A model generated the notes under the pieces. The model saw nothing but the letters and a program-made list of their open reading frames with translations, was not told the DNA's origin and searched no databases. DNA of 63,011 nucleotides, the filler included, from Klebsormidium nitens (taxonomy: Eukaryota; Plantae; Klebsormidiophyceae), in assembly GCA_000708835.1 (NCBI GenBank). It is 7 parts of 7 records of this genome, joined end to end, with 100 filler letters (N's around TTAATTAATTAA, not from the genome) between each part and the next. Parts side by side here need not be neighbours in the genome. Positions count along the whole stretch, not along the records: positions 17,819 to 41,375 come from DF237871.1; positions 41,476 to 57,992 come from DF237986.1; 5 more parts are not named here. One strand, given 5' to 3'. The translations under genes were made by a program, and so were the position numbers. Positions 33,901-45,600 of the stretch are shown here, one piece after another. Within the stretch, counting starts at the first letter, position 1, and each line of letters starts with the position of its first letter.

Positions 33901-36171
33901 TGACTTGGTCCCGCTGCAATCACAGGGGGCGCGCTCAGAGGGGCACCAAGACGTGCCCGTCTGCACTTATCTGTCTGTGCTTCTGAGACCGAGCCATAGC
34001 TACCAGAGTACACGAAGCTCCTGAGAGTATTGCCTGAAAGTTTTCAAGTTCTCTTCTCTCCCAGTCAGAAAGGTTGTTTAGGCCACACACGGTACCCTTC
34101 AAGCTAGCAACTTCTGTTCGAATGCAGCTTGTTCCTGAGTTCTGGTGAAAGACTTCTCTCACTTGACGCTGTGAAGATGAAGAAGACTCTGTCGATAATC
34201 AGGCACATGTTAGCCATTACGAGCGGCCCGTACCTGGGCCCGTTGAGATTGCGCTCGTAGCCGTCCCCGCTGAACTGGCCGATCGTGTTGCCGGCGATGT
34301 CGTACTTCCACAGCTGGTGCTGCCCCGCCATGGCCACGTACGCGACGTTGCGCGCCTCGTCCACCACCACGTCCCAAGGCGAGTTCAACAACTGCACGGC
34401 AAACCGAGAACATGCTGTTTGAAAGAAGCGACTTGGCAATCCACTGCCCGTGTGGTGCAGCTTTGCATCGCTAAAACAAATCTGGCGAAGCAATGTCAGG
34501 GTTTTCTCAAAATGGAAATAGGCCATGAGAGCTTCTAGGAGATTGTGAGATTTCGACCAGATCTGAAATTTGATTTGCACGTGTTATGAATGATATAGAA
34601 GAGCGACAAAGGGCATGAGGTATTCATGCCGACTTCAGATTGAGAACTATCGTACCATCGTGACACCTCCATTGCTTGGTTTTAAGAGGTCATAAAAGCC
34701 AGCGCTCACCTGCGTAGGCCCCGACCCCCCCCCTCGGTAGTCCGCCCCTTGCTTCCCGTTCCCTGCTAGCGTTCTCACCATGCCGCTCCCCAAGTTCACC
34801 TCCCTAAACGCATGGTTCTCCGTATCCGCCACGTATAGCAGATCCCGCCCCGAGTGGTACGCCAGCCCCTGCGGCCGATTGAACGCCGCAAACTCAAACG
34901 CGCCGTCCCGCAGACCCTCCCCGCCGCCACCCCCTATTTGTGTGATGAAATTCCCCTTCAGGTCCGTAACCACTATCCGGTGCTGGCTGCTGTCGGAGAT
35001 GAACAGCCGCTTGTTCTTCAGATCCGTCGCGATCTTGCCCGGGAACCTGAGCGGGCTCTTCGCCACCCGCGAGTCCTTGTCTTTCTCCAGACTGATCGGC
35101 AGCGGGTCGTTTTTCAGATCTCCCTGCTCGCCGTAATACTCGAGCGCGGCCTGCAGTAGTTCGTCGATGTCTTGCCGGTGGCCCTCCCCCGCTAGCATGG
35201 CTAGCAGCTTTCCCTTCGGGCTCACCACCGCTAGCGTCGGCCACGAACTCACGCCCAGCCCGCGCCACATCGTCATCTCACCATCGTTTACAACCTGTGC
35301 GGTACACCGACGACACATGTGAGCACGGGGGGAGAGAACTTGCAGGTGGACAAAATGGTCGGGGCCCGTATAGAGATCTTATCAACGGCTTTGCGGTTGT
35401 GAATACGTGAAACAGCAATGGTGACCCAAGCTGGTGGGACCAACGGGGTTGTATACACTCTTGAGCCGCTCTGGCGAACCCACAGATTAGAGATTGATTA
35501 GTTCAGACGGATCCTAAACACGCTGAATTCTCCATAGCAGACAACCGTAACAACGAACTCGAGCCGTTCCTGTTAAGGACCGGGGTACTTAAAAAATGCA
35601 AGGTAGCCACTCTTTGGTTTGTCCAGTGCGAATCAGTACGTGAGTAGGCCGTACTCACGGGGTGCACGACGTCGTAGCGCAGGACCGCCTCCCGAATTGC
35701 CTCCGTGTCCTTCTCGTTGTCGAACTTGGCCGAGTGAACTCCCACCACCGTTACCTATAATACGACCGCCTCAACTTTAGCGCAGCACCCTTCGCAGAGC
35801 ACTAGTCCGATCGTTCATAAGTTCAAGCCCGCCGCAAAAGACGAGCTAGCTTCTAAACGGACTGCTTCTACGTGACCCGCCTGAACAAAGCTACTTTCCC
35901 ATGATGGCAACCCGGAAATTCACGAGCAGATCAAAGTGAAGGGCCCCGGGGACAAGCCCCAGCAGATAAAGGGTTTAGTTCACTCTCGAAGCATCACGTC
36001 TCGCACTTCTTGGGTGCCATCTTGCAGATATCTGCTGAATAAATTGGAGACAAGCATCCAAGTTACAACCAGTCGTGTACTTCACGGATCCGGAAAGCTA
36101 ACAAAAAGGATGGCGTGGCTTACGGGCTGGTCCTTGTACTTCTTCTCCAGAAAGGCGAGGTCCGGCAGGAT

Positions 36172-36209
<38 letters not shown>

Positions 36210-39200
36210 GCACCAGCACTCGCCCACGTAGCTCCTGCAACAGCGACGGCACAACCTGAGGACTCTTGTACTGAAGGAGAACAAGTGCCAACACTGGAAG
36301 GCTGCATCAAGCAACCACAACGAGCGACAGCGACTCGGAAGCGCTGTGCCTTTGCTGACCAGCGGCCTGGACCAGAACATCAGCGACTGATTTGGAACAG
36401 AATCCTCTGGTGCTCACCTATCGGACTGTGTGAACAAAGCGAAAGCCCGGCTTCGTCCCAGCCGATCCGTGGCAATACAATGCCTCCTTAATCGCATCAA
36501 GAAATCTCGAACAGCGACCCAATCGTCAGGTGGGCTTACCTTGCTGAGTTTGAGCGGCGCTGTGTTGAGCCAGGCGAGGCCCTGCTGGAACTCGGGGACC
36601 GTGGTGCCGCCCCCGCTGCAGAAGACCGAAAGGAGTGCACCTTTGGCACTGGGCGCGCTTTTCAGATCCCAGTTCTTCATGCACTTTCAAAGAGAAGGTG
36701 TAAAGTTCTCTTGGACAAGAGCTGCCACGCTTCGCGAGTGCAAGCAAACGTCTCCGGAGCAAAAAGGTGGCATCAGAAAGGCGGATACTGCTCTACATCC
36801 GAGTAAGGAGGTCCGCGATTCGGAGCGACAGGCTTTTGAGTGGCAAGATGCCGGGCTCTACAATCAGAGCGACAGATCGACCAATCGCAAGTCGGGCAGA
36901 CAATCAGAGCAAGGAACAATCGAAAGCAAGTCAAGGATGGACAGCCCTGGCCGCTCACCGCTTCTCCATGTCCCGGATATACTTCTTGAACTGCTTCACG
37001 CGGTCCTCTGCAGCTTCCGCAACTCCAGGGGCGGGGGCACCAAACAGCTGGTTGAGCACGGCACGGGGCGACACGTAAGACATGGCCTGCGCCCGACGGA
37101 GCAACGAGCTCGCGTGAGGCGTCGGATCTGAGACCCTACGACGCTAGCCGAAAGAGCTCGCTCGAGCGCGGAGCCTCAAATGACAAAGGGCTTTTGATCA
37201 CTAACCAGTATGAAGGGAAGCGACTGTGGCGAGGCAGCCTTCCAAATGGAGTATAAGGAAAGTGGTCCAAAACGGCATTCGAAGACTAGGAACGAAAGGG
37301 CACAGGAAGCATGACTGGGGCCAACTTTGACCCCAAAAGGAAACGTAATTTTCATTAGCGGTAGAGCAGCCTCTGGAAAGAAGAGCTCGGTTCCCTGCTC
37401 TGCAACCCAGTACAGCACTGTACTTGTGAGAAACTTGGCTTTCAAAATCTGCTGCGGCTATCTGTCTCGTTTGCATCCCCTTTCTGTTGATCCAAAACCT
37501 CCGCGCGTGATTCATTTTCTCAGACAGGCTCTTAGCGAGCGAATCGCCCAGGTGCCTTCTCTGGTGGCACTACCTTTCGCCAATACGGAAATGCGCGGAC
37601 GCAATAAGCTATGATTGCTGCCTGCCAGACCCAGGCTAGCCACCACCCTTTTGTCCTTATCCAAGCTCGTACGTCCGGTTGATTCTGCCAGCCAGACCAA
37701 GAAGATGACGTCAGGCCCCTGAAGCGACTGGCAGAATCAACCGATTCCTCAAAAGAACCCTCAGACCGTCCTCCAACCAGGGCACAAACTTCTGCTCGCT
37801 CGCTTCTGGACGGTCATTAAAGTGAAACCCACCATCCATGTGAAGCGGAGATAACCCCAACCATTTGGAACGGGAAAACAAAGCCTGTTGTCCGTCCTTT
37901 CAGAAAGCGAGAAGGGTGTTCGTAGGTCAGGCAAGTTTTCATGCTAGGGAGGGCCCACCTTGGCTCGTGTAAAGGCTATGTAGGTGCTCGTCAACCCAAT
38001 AAGCCCCGCACCCAACCGCAACACATCTCTCCGCCTTGTTGAGAAACTGCACAGCGGCCACCTAAACGGTCAATAAAGAACCGGTGAACAGTCATCCATG
38101 CTTTTGACGATGATTTGACGCTCCATTGATTCATTTATACCAGTTGCCAGGGGAGAAATGTGGTCTGAATTGTGGATGTACAGAGAGTTGTTCTCTGAAC
38201 CCATTTAATCCAAATTTGTATCTTGCTTCCGGCAGATGTCATCAAGCTTTGGTTTTATGTAAGCCCATCTCTGACCAGGACGTGCATCAGAAAGTGGACA
38301 CCGAAGTAACTCCAAAAGGATAGACCTTTACATGAAGTCCTCGCAGCAAAGGTGGTGCAGCCGACAGCCTGCCCTTTTCCAACGAAACGTCCCAGTGCAA
38401 GATTTATTGTGAACCCCGCTGCAGTTGTGGCCTTACCCCCCTGGCAGGTCCACTGTCGCATTCAGCACGCTCTGGAGTCCCTTCGCAATTCCCTCCTTGC
38501 CCCCCGACTGCTTCAGCTCCTTCAGTAGTTGGGCGGGGGTCTCGTTCTGGTCATCGTTGTTGGAAGGGGGGTACTTGACGGTCAGAATATCGTCCAAGGT
38601 AATGTGCGAGATGTCTTTGCGCACCAGGGCGGGCCCACCGGGGGCGAGAGCAGCGGCGTCGAGAGAGGTCGTGACGCCAATGCAACTGAGAGCAGCGAGG
38701 AGCAAGACACTTGGTTAATGACTGAAGGAACCAAAGAACTGCCATGCCGTAGAAGTGGGTGCCTGCTTTACCAGTACTGTGATCAAGGGAAGTTTTGTTG
38801 TAGAGTTTAACAGGGGAACGCTTCGTGAGTTGCAGAGTTGCATGGCGACATAGCCTGTTCACACTCAAGCGGACCCTCATTAGACAAATGCACACGTAAG
38901 CGCAACTAGGCCTTTGCTCCTGCTCATTAGCCACAGACCGAATCTCCCCTCCCACCATCTGACTGACCAACATCCAGTTTACAATGCCTAAGCTCCATTG
39001 CCTCACCGCATGCCTGCCGCCAGTGCTGCCTGCACGCCCGCCAGTGCATCCTCAATGACCACACACTGCGAAGGGGGCACACCGAGGGCCTTGGAAGCGG
39101 CCAGGAAGATGTCAGGGGACGGCTTCAGCCGCTCAAACAGGTCCGCTGACACCACCGCGTCAAAACTGGGGAGTAACATGGAGGCATCAGTTTGCAGGTC

Positions 39201-40706
39201 AGATAGTGACTCCCTCGCATCTTTTAGAGAGGACCAAAAAAGACATCCTGCTGAGATGAGCATGAGCGTCGGACTTTACTAGGAACAGCGAGCTCTTGAG
39301 GCGCAAACTTTCTTCTCCCCACCCCTTCATCTTGGGGAAGGGCACTTTTAATTCGTCGGGCCACATGTTAAGTGTTGTTATGATGGGCATAAGGGACAGC
39401 CATTAGGTGCGATTGTGGAGCCTTGTTAACCTTCCAAGAATTCTCAGAGGAGAGCCCAGTTTTTGAGAAGTGGACATATTGACATTCTACGAGTGAAGAT
39501 GATGGCCGCGATGGTTTGAGGGCCTTACTTGGTTAGAGGGAGACCAGCGGCTGCAAGGTTTGCATTGACTTTGACAAGGTCGGCACTGGAAGCAACCGCC
39601 GCCTTGAGCCCTGCCCGCTTCACCGCTTGGATCAACTCGAGCGCCCCAGAGTAGCCTAGGCCCGAGTCAGGGAGGGCATACTGCACAATGAAGCAAAGCG
39701 CAACTTAGTATTTTGAGAATGGATTGAGAAGCCGGGTTTGGAGCTCTCTAAGGAGGTGGTGTGATGGCGCCTAATGACTGATGCTACATCTCAAGAAAAG
39801 GAAAATATTCTTTGGGGCTAATATAGGCGCCAATGCCAGCCTTAAGGTTCCCTGATTAATCAGCCCCGTCGCATGAACCCTGATGGCCAGCTGGAGCAAC
39901 GTTCCTTGCATTGATGCAGTCCAGCTGTGGGTCAGATTGCCCTAGCAAGCCATGCCAAAGATAGCCATATTGCCAGAAAGCGCCCACGAAGTAGGACTAC
40001 TTCCAGCTTACAGGGGCTGACTTCCAACCGAAGTAGATCCCATTTCTCTTGAGCCCCTTTTCAAGAAGGTCCATTAACCGCTAACATTGGTGGCACGCCC
40101 CACCTTGCCAATGTAGATCTCGAAGAAGCGTGCCTTGGCCTTAGTGACATCCCAGTCAGGGACGCCAAACTTGCGCGCCACCCCACCCAGGAAGTTGGCC
40201 TCCCCTGTCCCCATGAACGGGATGAAGTCCTCCTCCGTGACCTCAAACCCTAACTCCTTGAAGAGCTCAACTGCTGCCTGCCTCGACCTATCTTCGCTGT
40301 CGCAAAGAACGCCGTCCATGTCAAATAAGACGGCTTGCACATTGGTGCCAGCATTGTCTGAGGCAGGTGCTTCCTTAGTTGCTTCAGCGCCCACAACAAT
40401 GGTGACTCCTTGCTCTAATGTTGCACTTACTCCAACTACCCTCTCCCTCTCAGCCCTCCTCGCAAGCCTGTGCTGAGAGGCTTTACTGTGTCTCTTGTAC
40501 CTAAACAGATCTGCTACATTGTAGCGGCATTGTGTTATGTTTCCACCTTTTGTGAGTTTTGAATACAGATCCCTGGGGCCAACAGCGGGCCAGCTTCTGA
40601 AAGCAGAGCACCGTGCATCACTGTGCTGACTGCTGCACTTCCCCGAAAGGACAGGCACACTTTGACCTGCCTTTCCAGCTGCCACCCAGGCCCTGCTGGC
40701 CGCCAT
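30988..40706 (-). CDS. SOQ1: SUPPRESSOR OF QUENCHING 1: transit peptide, HAD domain, thioredoxin-like domain, NHL beta-propeller and C-terminal domain
   Basis: [107 protein letters not shown] and VYYCE occur in the correct order. Stop at 30,988-30,990. Confidence 0.95.
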
Positions 40707-41475
40707 TGCAAGTTCAACACTCAGGAATCAGGACTAAAGTACATATGTGTACTTATTAATATCAGTTGAGCTCCCTCTGAATGTATGTTCAGTGATCAAC
40801 AGAGGAGATGGAATGACGAATAGTTTACCATAACTTTAAGTTGCCTCTACATGTAGGGCACTGCGTACGTGCCTCGAGCTGCTTGTGGTAGTTCTATGCT
40901 CTTTAGGCGGCTCTTACAGAGTCTTCAGGACCCATCCCGGCGGTCTGATTGGTCGAGTGACGTAAGCTTAACGCCGTCGCCGAGGTTTCCGACTCCGCGT
41001 AAACATTGCAGCTGAGGTGGTGTTAGTAATAAGGCCGAGGCAGACTGTAATGTGGTGTCAAGGCTCCGCGCCGAGCCGCAGTTTGGATTGGTTGGCACTT
41101 CCTCCCGGTTTTTGGGAGACACGCTTTACTCGCAGGCAGGACTGTGAGTGGTCGCACCGATTTGCTTCTCTGTGTCAATATCCCAGCACAGCAGCGTGTT
41201 GCTGAAAAGTGACACTGTAAGCCACATTCGGTGCACAACTGCACGCATGGAAGCCCGTCTGCCGAGCTCGCACCGATATTGCAACTGGTGTCAAGCAGTC
41301 AAGTTGAGCGTGCACGTTGAGGGCGTTCGCACCAGGTTCGACGGTCTGGTGACCGATTGTAAATTCAGTGTCAGTNNNNNNNNNNNNNNNNNNNNNNNNN
41401 NNNNNNNNNNNNNNNNNNNTTAATTAATTAANNNNNNNNNNNNNNNNNNNNNNNNNNNNNNNNNNNNNNNNNNNN

Positions 41476-41810
41476 CAACAACTTTTGACTTTTTAGGACT
41501 TACGGTGAAGCGCCATTTACGGAAAAATATGGTGGCATGATCGAGCATTTTGCGGAGTTGTTGAGGGTTTTCGGCTAGGAGGACAATATCGTCTGCGTAG
41601 AAAAGTCCGGGAATAATAATGGTGGTAAAACGGATACCTAAGTTCTTGGATCGAAGTTCGTCAATAAGTGGAGAGATGACAATTGAGAATAGAAGTGGGC
41701 TGAGAACTGCCCCTTGTCGGGTTCCGAGATCGGTTTTAAAAGCGTCCGTAAGCCCGTATGGGGTAATAATGGACGATTCGTTGTTCACATACAGTATTGG
41801 GGAAGTGTTC
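41476..41810 (-). mobile_element. 5'-truncated non-LTR (LINE) RT fragment, cut by gap
   Basis: GTRQGAVLSPLLFSIVI, LFYADDIVLLAE and TVSPKKSKVV are LINE RT domains 4-6. Confidence 0.9.
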
Positions 41811-41906
41811 CTGTCTTGCCTCTGAGAGTGTTTCACTTGCCCCTTCTTACAGTCAGGTTGTGGGAAGTAGCTCTCAGAAGGTCTTTGTTACTCCTGTTAG
41901 GCAGCA

Positions 41907-41912
41907 AAAAAT
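41907..41912 (-). terminator. RNA Pol III oligo-T terminator
   Basis: TTTTTT begins 2 nt after the tRNA discriminator base. Confidence 0.75.
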
Positions 41913-41913
41913 C

Positions 41914-42019
41914 GCCCGTTCAGGGGCTCGAACCCTGGACCACGTGGTGCACTGAGCAGCATCACCTGAGGAGGTGAGCCCGTAAAAGCCACGCGCTCTA
42001 CCAACTGAGCTAAACTGGC
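41914..42019 (-). tRNA. tRNA-Lys(UUU) with a 34-nt intron at 37/38 (41,949-41,982)
   Basis: GCCAGTTTAGCTCAGTTGGTAGAGC GCGTGGCT-TTT-A [intron] ACCACGTGGTCCAGGGTTCGAGCCCCTGAACGGGCG. A/B boxes and the paired CGTGG/CCACG anticodon stem are present, and a T6 Pol III terminator follows. One A:G mismatch in the acceptor stem. Confidence 0.88.
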
Positions 42020-42625
42020 GATGCAATGCATTTTGTGTGAAAGCACAGCCAATATATATACCAAAAAAGTACGAAAACGTTACCTAACAAGTACGAAACC
42101 CTTCCAACATGGCCCTAGTTGGCCCATGTTCGATATTGTAGAGGACTAGTTGCCTGGTGCAGATCACCGGGCCACCTTTACAACTAAAATCGGGGGGGCT
42201 GCCGCCCCCCCGAGCCCCCCTGCTTCTTCCTCTTGCGGTTCTGTACGTCATTGCACGAAAGTGGACGATAGGGCCTGCAGCTATCCAGGTGTGTAGGAAT
42301 TGGCTGGCAGTGGTCACTCAGGCCTCACTCTCAAGGAAGCCGGAAAATCGCAATGGCATGGCGGACAACTCGGACCTGGAAGGCGCAGCAAGAGCCAGCG
42401 ATGACAAGCGGTTTTCTTTAAGGAGGGGGGTTGTCGGTGGCCAGTTTCGGCTGGATAATTGCAGTTTACTCGCATGAGGCCTTTCCGTATTTTGCATCTG
42501 TCAATTTGAAGACCATTCCATTGAGGAGTTAGGTTGACGCCGATCAAACGCTTCGTCTTTGAGGCATTTAAGATCAGACAGACGCCATCAGACAGAAGCC
42601 ATCCCGGTTGTCAGAAGCACAAGCC

Positions 42626-45600
42626 ATGTTTGGAGCCACTTCGGGCAGCGGTGAGTTGCTGCATAATATTCCAGTTGCCCATCCTGTGGCAGAATTTTGC
42701 TCTTGTGGTTTGCCTGTTTTACAGGCGACATTTTTTTGCATTGCCTTCCTTTAAAGAAATGGCTTTGGACAAGTTTAATGGCCTTGCTAAACAGCGTCTG
42801 TTAGACATGCCGGATCTTTGCTCCAGTGTTCATACACAACATTGCATACAGGTGCTCGCAGCGCATCTTAACGGTCTGTGTTGCTTTGATCCTAGGCGTA
42901 GGCTACCATTTCTTCCTGCCAAATGCTTGAACTGAAGTCTTCAACAAGGTCTTCTGCCTGCTCATAAACTGGGCTCATTTGAGCCTTACTCGATGCTAGG
43001 CTGCGCAGGGCTCCTCTTCCGTTTTCCTGCTCGGAATATATGAGTGGCACAACCTCTGAGCAATTGACTCTAATGTCTGCTTCTCCTCGTGCAGCCTTTG
43101 GGGCAACCCAGCCCAACCCGTTTGCCGCGTCCTCCGCACCTGCCTTTGGCCAGTCCTCCGCAACGGGAGGGGGCTTGTTTGGGGCGCGGCCCTTTGGTGC
43201 CTCTGCCTCTCCCTTTGGCGGGCAGCAGGCGGGCGGCGGCCTGTTTGGTAGTGGCACCGGAGGCGGAGCGCTTGGGGGGGCTACGCAGTCGGCCTTTGGC
43301 GCCACCCCAGCATTTGGGCAGACAACCTCAACACCAGCCTTCGGAGGAACGGCAACGTTCGGTGGGTCTCAACCCATCTCATTAGGGTTCTTTTGTTCCA
43401 TGCTTGCTTCTGAATCCGTATGACTTACTGCAGTTTTATCTGTTTGCCTCTGCAGCTTGTTTAGAATCACCATCCAAAAGAATCTGGTAAAAGCTGTATG
43501 TAAGGACAAGGATGGAACTCGACGGGCCAACCTTGCAGAGCTCCGAACTTGGGGCGTCTTTAGGTGGAAAGTGAGCATGATGTATTCACAAGCTGCCATC
43601 CAGTTCTTGACCTAACTACATCTGCTTTGTTCTGTGGAGGAAACTGCTGCAGACGGTCTTCCGTTGCCTCACCCCCTTGGTCCGCTATTGCTTCCAGGTT
43701 CCCCGCAGCAGAGCAATCCTTTCGGAGGGGCCTCCTTTGGTGCCAGCCAGCCCGCCTTTGGCAGCAATGCTTTTGGGGCTGCTTCGGCGCCAGCGTTTGG
43801 AGCTGCGTCCACGTCTGCCTTTGGCGCAACGTCTGCACCGGCGTTCGGAACCTCAACCTTTGGTGCCTCTGCCCCTGCCTTTGGCTCCACTGCCTTTGGG
43901 GCCACTAGCGCCCCAGCCTTTGGTACTTTTGGGCAGAGCGCCCCGGCCTTCGGGGCATCGACGGGGGGAGCGTTTGGTGCAGCATCTGCGCCAGCTTTTG
44001 GACAGAGCACTTCCCCTTTCGGCCAGGCATCGTCAGCTTTCGGTGAGGTCTCCCTTACCTTTGCTTTGAAGCGTTGCTAGTTTCCTTCCTACGACTGTAT
44101 GTCTCCCTGTTGCAAAGTAGCCTGAGATGCTTCACGCGGCTACCTTTTGTCCAACAGCATGGACAAAAGGTCGCATGCGCTAGTGGCTCATACTCCCTTT
44201 CTTGGTTCATGTCCCCAACACCGGGAGCAACAAAGCCATCTTTTGTGCTGCCTCCACTGCTATGCATATGTTTCTATCTCTATTGCTGCTGCGCATGCTT
44301 AGCTCTTGCGAGCTCAACCTGGTCCATTTCCCTGGCAGGTGCTGTTTCCACGACCCCTGCTTTCGGAGCAGGGGGAGGCTTTGGCGCGGCCGGGTTTGGT
44401 GGGCAGCAGAAGGGCACGCGGTGGAAGCGGTTTGAGCCCACCCCCGAGGCGGACGGCACCGCGGGGGGCGTGCAGGCCAAGTTCCAGAGCATCACGTCCA
44501 TGAAGGAGTACGCCAACAAGTCAGTCGAGGAGCTGCGCGCAGAGGACTACGCCAACAACGACAAGGGTGAGGCCCCGAGGCACTTCAGGCGTCATTGTAC
44601 CCGTTGTGTTCTTGCTTCTTCTACCAAAGTTCTTGGAAAATTGAAAAGAGTTATGTCCTCCTGCACAGTTTTGCAAACGGGACGGGAGAACAGGTTTGAG
44701 GGTTAAGGTCAGCCCACTGGTTGTCCTGCTGCCTGGCAAGTAGAAGTGCTGCTCACAACATCTTGACACTTTAGCTGTACAATTTTGCAAATGCTTTTTG
44801 CTCGAAATTTCTCTGGGAGGCATGTGTTCACGCGTCCTTTTTGAAGTTGTGTCCAAGCCACCTCCGCATTGCCCATCTCCTGTTCTGGAAAGCAACCACG
44901 TCTGTTGTACTCTGACCATTCTCCTACTTCTGCAGGTGGACCCGCTCCCGCCACCCCTGGTGGTGGCCTCTTCGGTCAGCCTCAGGCGGCTCCTTCCCCT
45001 TTTGGCGGGGCTGCTACCCCGAGCCCCTTTGGCGCGTCTTCCCAGTCAGCCTTTGGCGCCGGCACGACTCCCAGCATCTTCGGCTCCCCCTCGCAGCAGC
45101 CCAGCCCGTTTGGCCAGCCCGCCAGCACCCCCGCCTTCGGAGCGGCTTCGACGCCCGCGTTTGGCTCCACGCAAACCTTTGGGGCTCCCACGCAGGCCAG
45201 CCCCTTTGGGGCGCCAGCGCAGACGTCCGTCTTTGGTGCGCCGTCAACAGGTGAGGAGACTGAAAGCGATTGCTTTGCAAGACAGCAGTCTCAACATTGA
45301 CAGTCTTTCACACATCCAATGAGCATCTACCATCTTGCGGTCATTAGAGCTGCGTTATGCCTGATTATTGTTCTCTCAGCACCATAAGGCGTCAAACTTC
45401 TGTTCTATGCAGTGGGTCCCTATCTGCACACCCCTCACACTTTTAGCAGCTGAACCCATCGTTGCTCCGGTTCGCTCTCGACAGGGAGTGCGTTCGGCGC
45501 CCCCAGCAGCACCCCTGCCTTCGGGGGCGGTTTTGGCGCCCCTGCCAGCCAGTCCGCGTTTGGCGGCACTCCGTTTGGATCTACGCCCGCGTTTGGGTCT

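Noticed and set aside
30988-40706. SOQ1 as a novelty
   Set aside because: Domain order and the WTYCCINC motif are canonical; it is an ordinary conserved gene.
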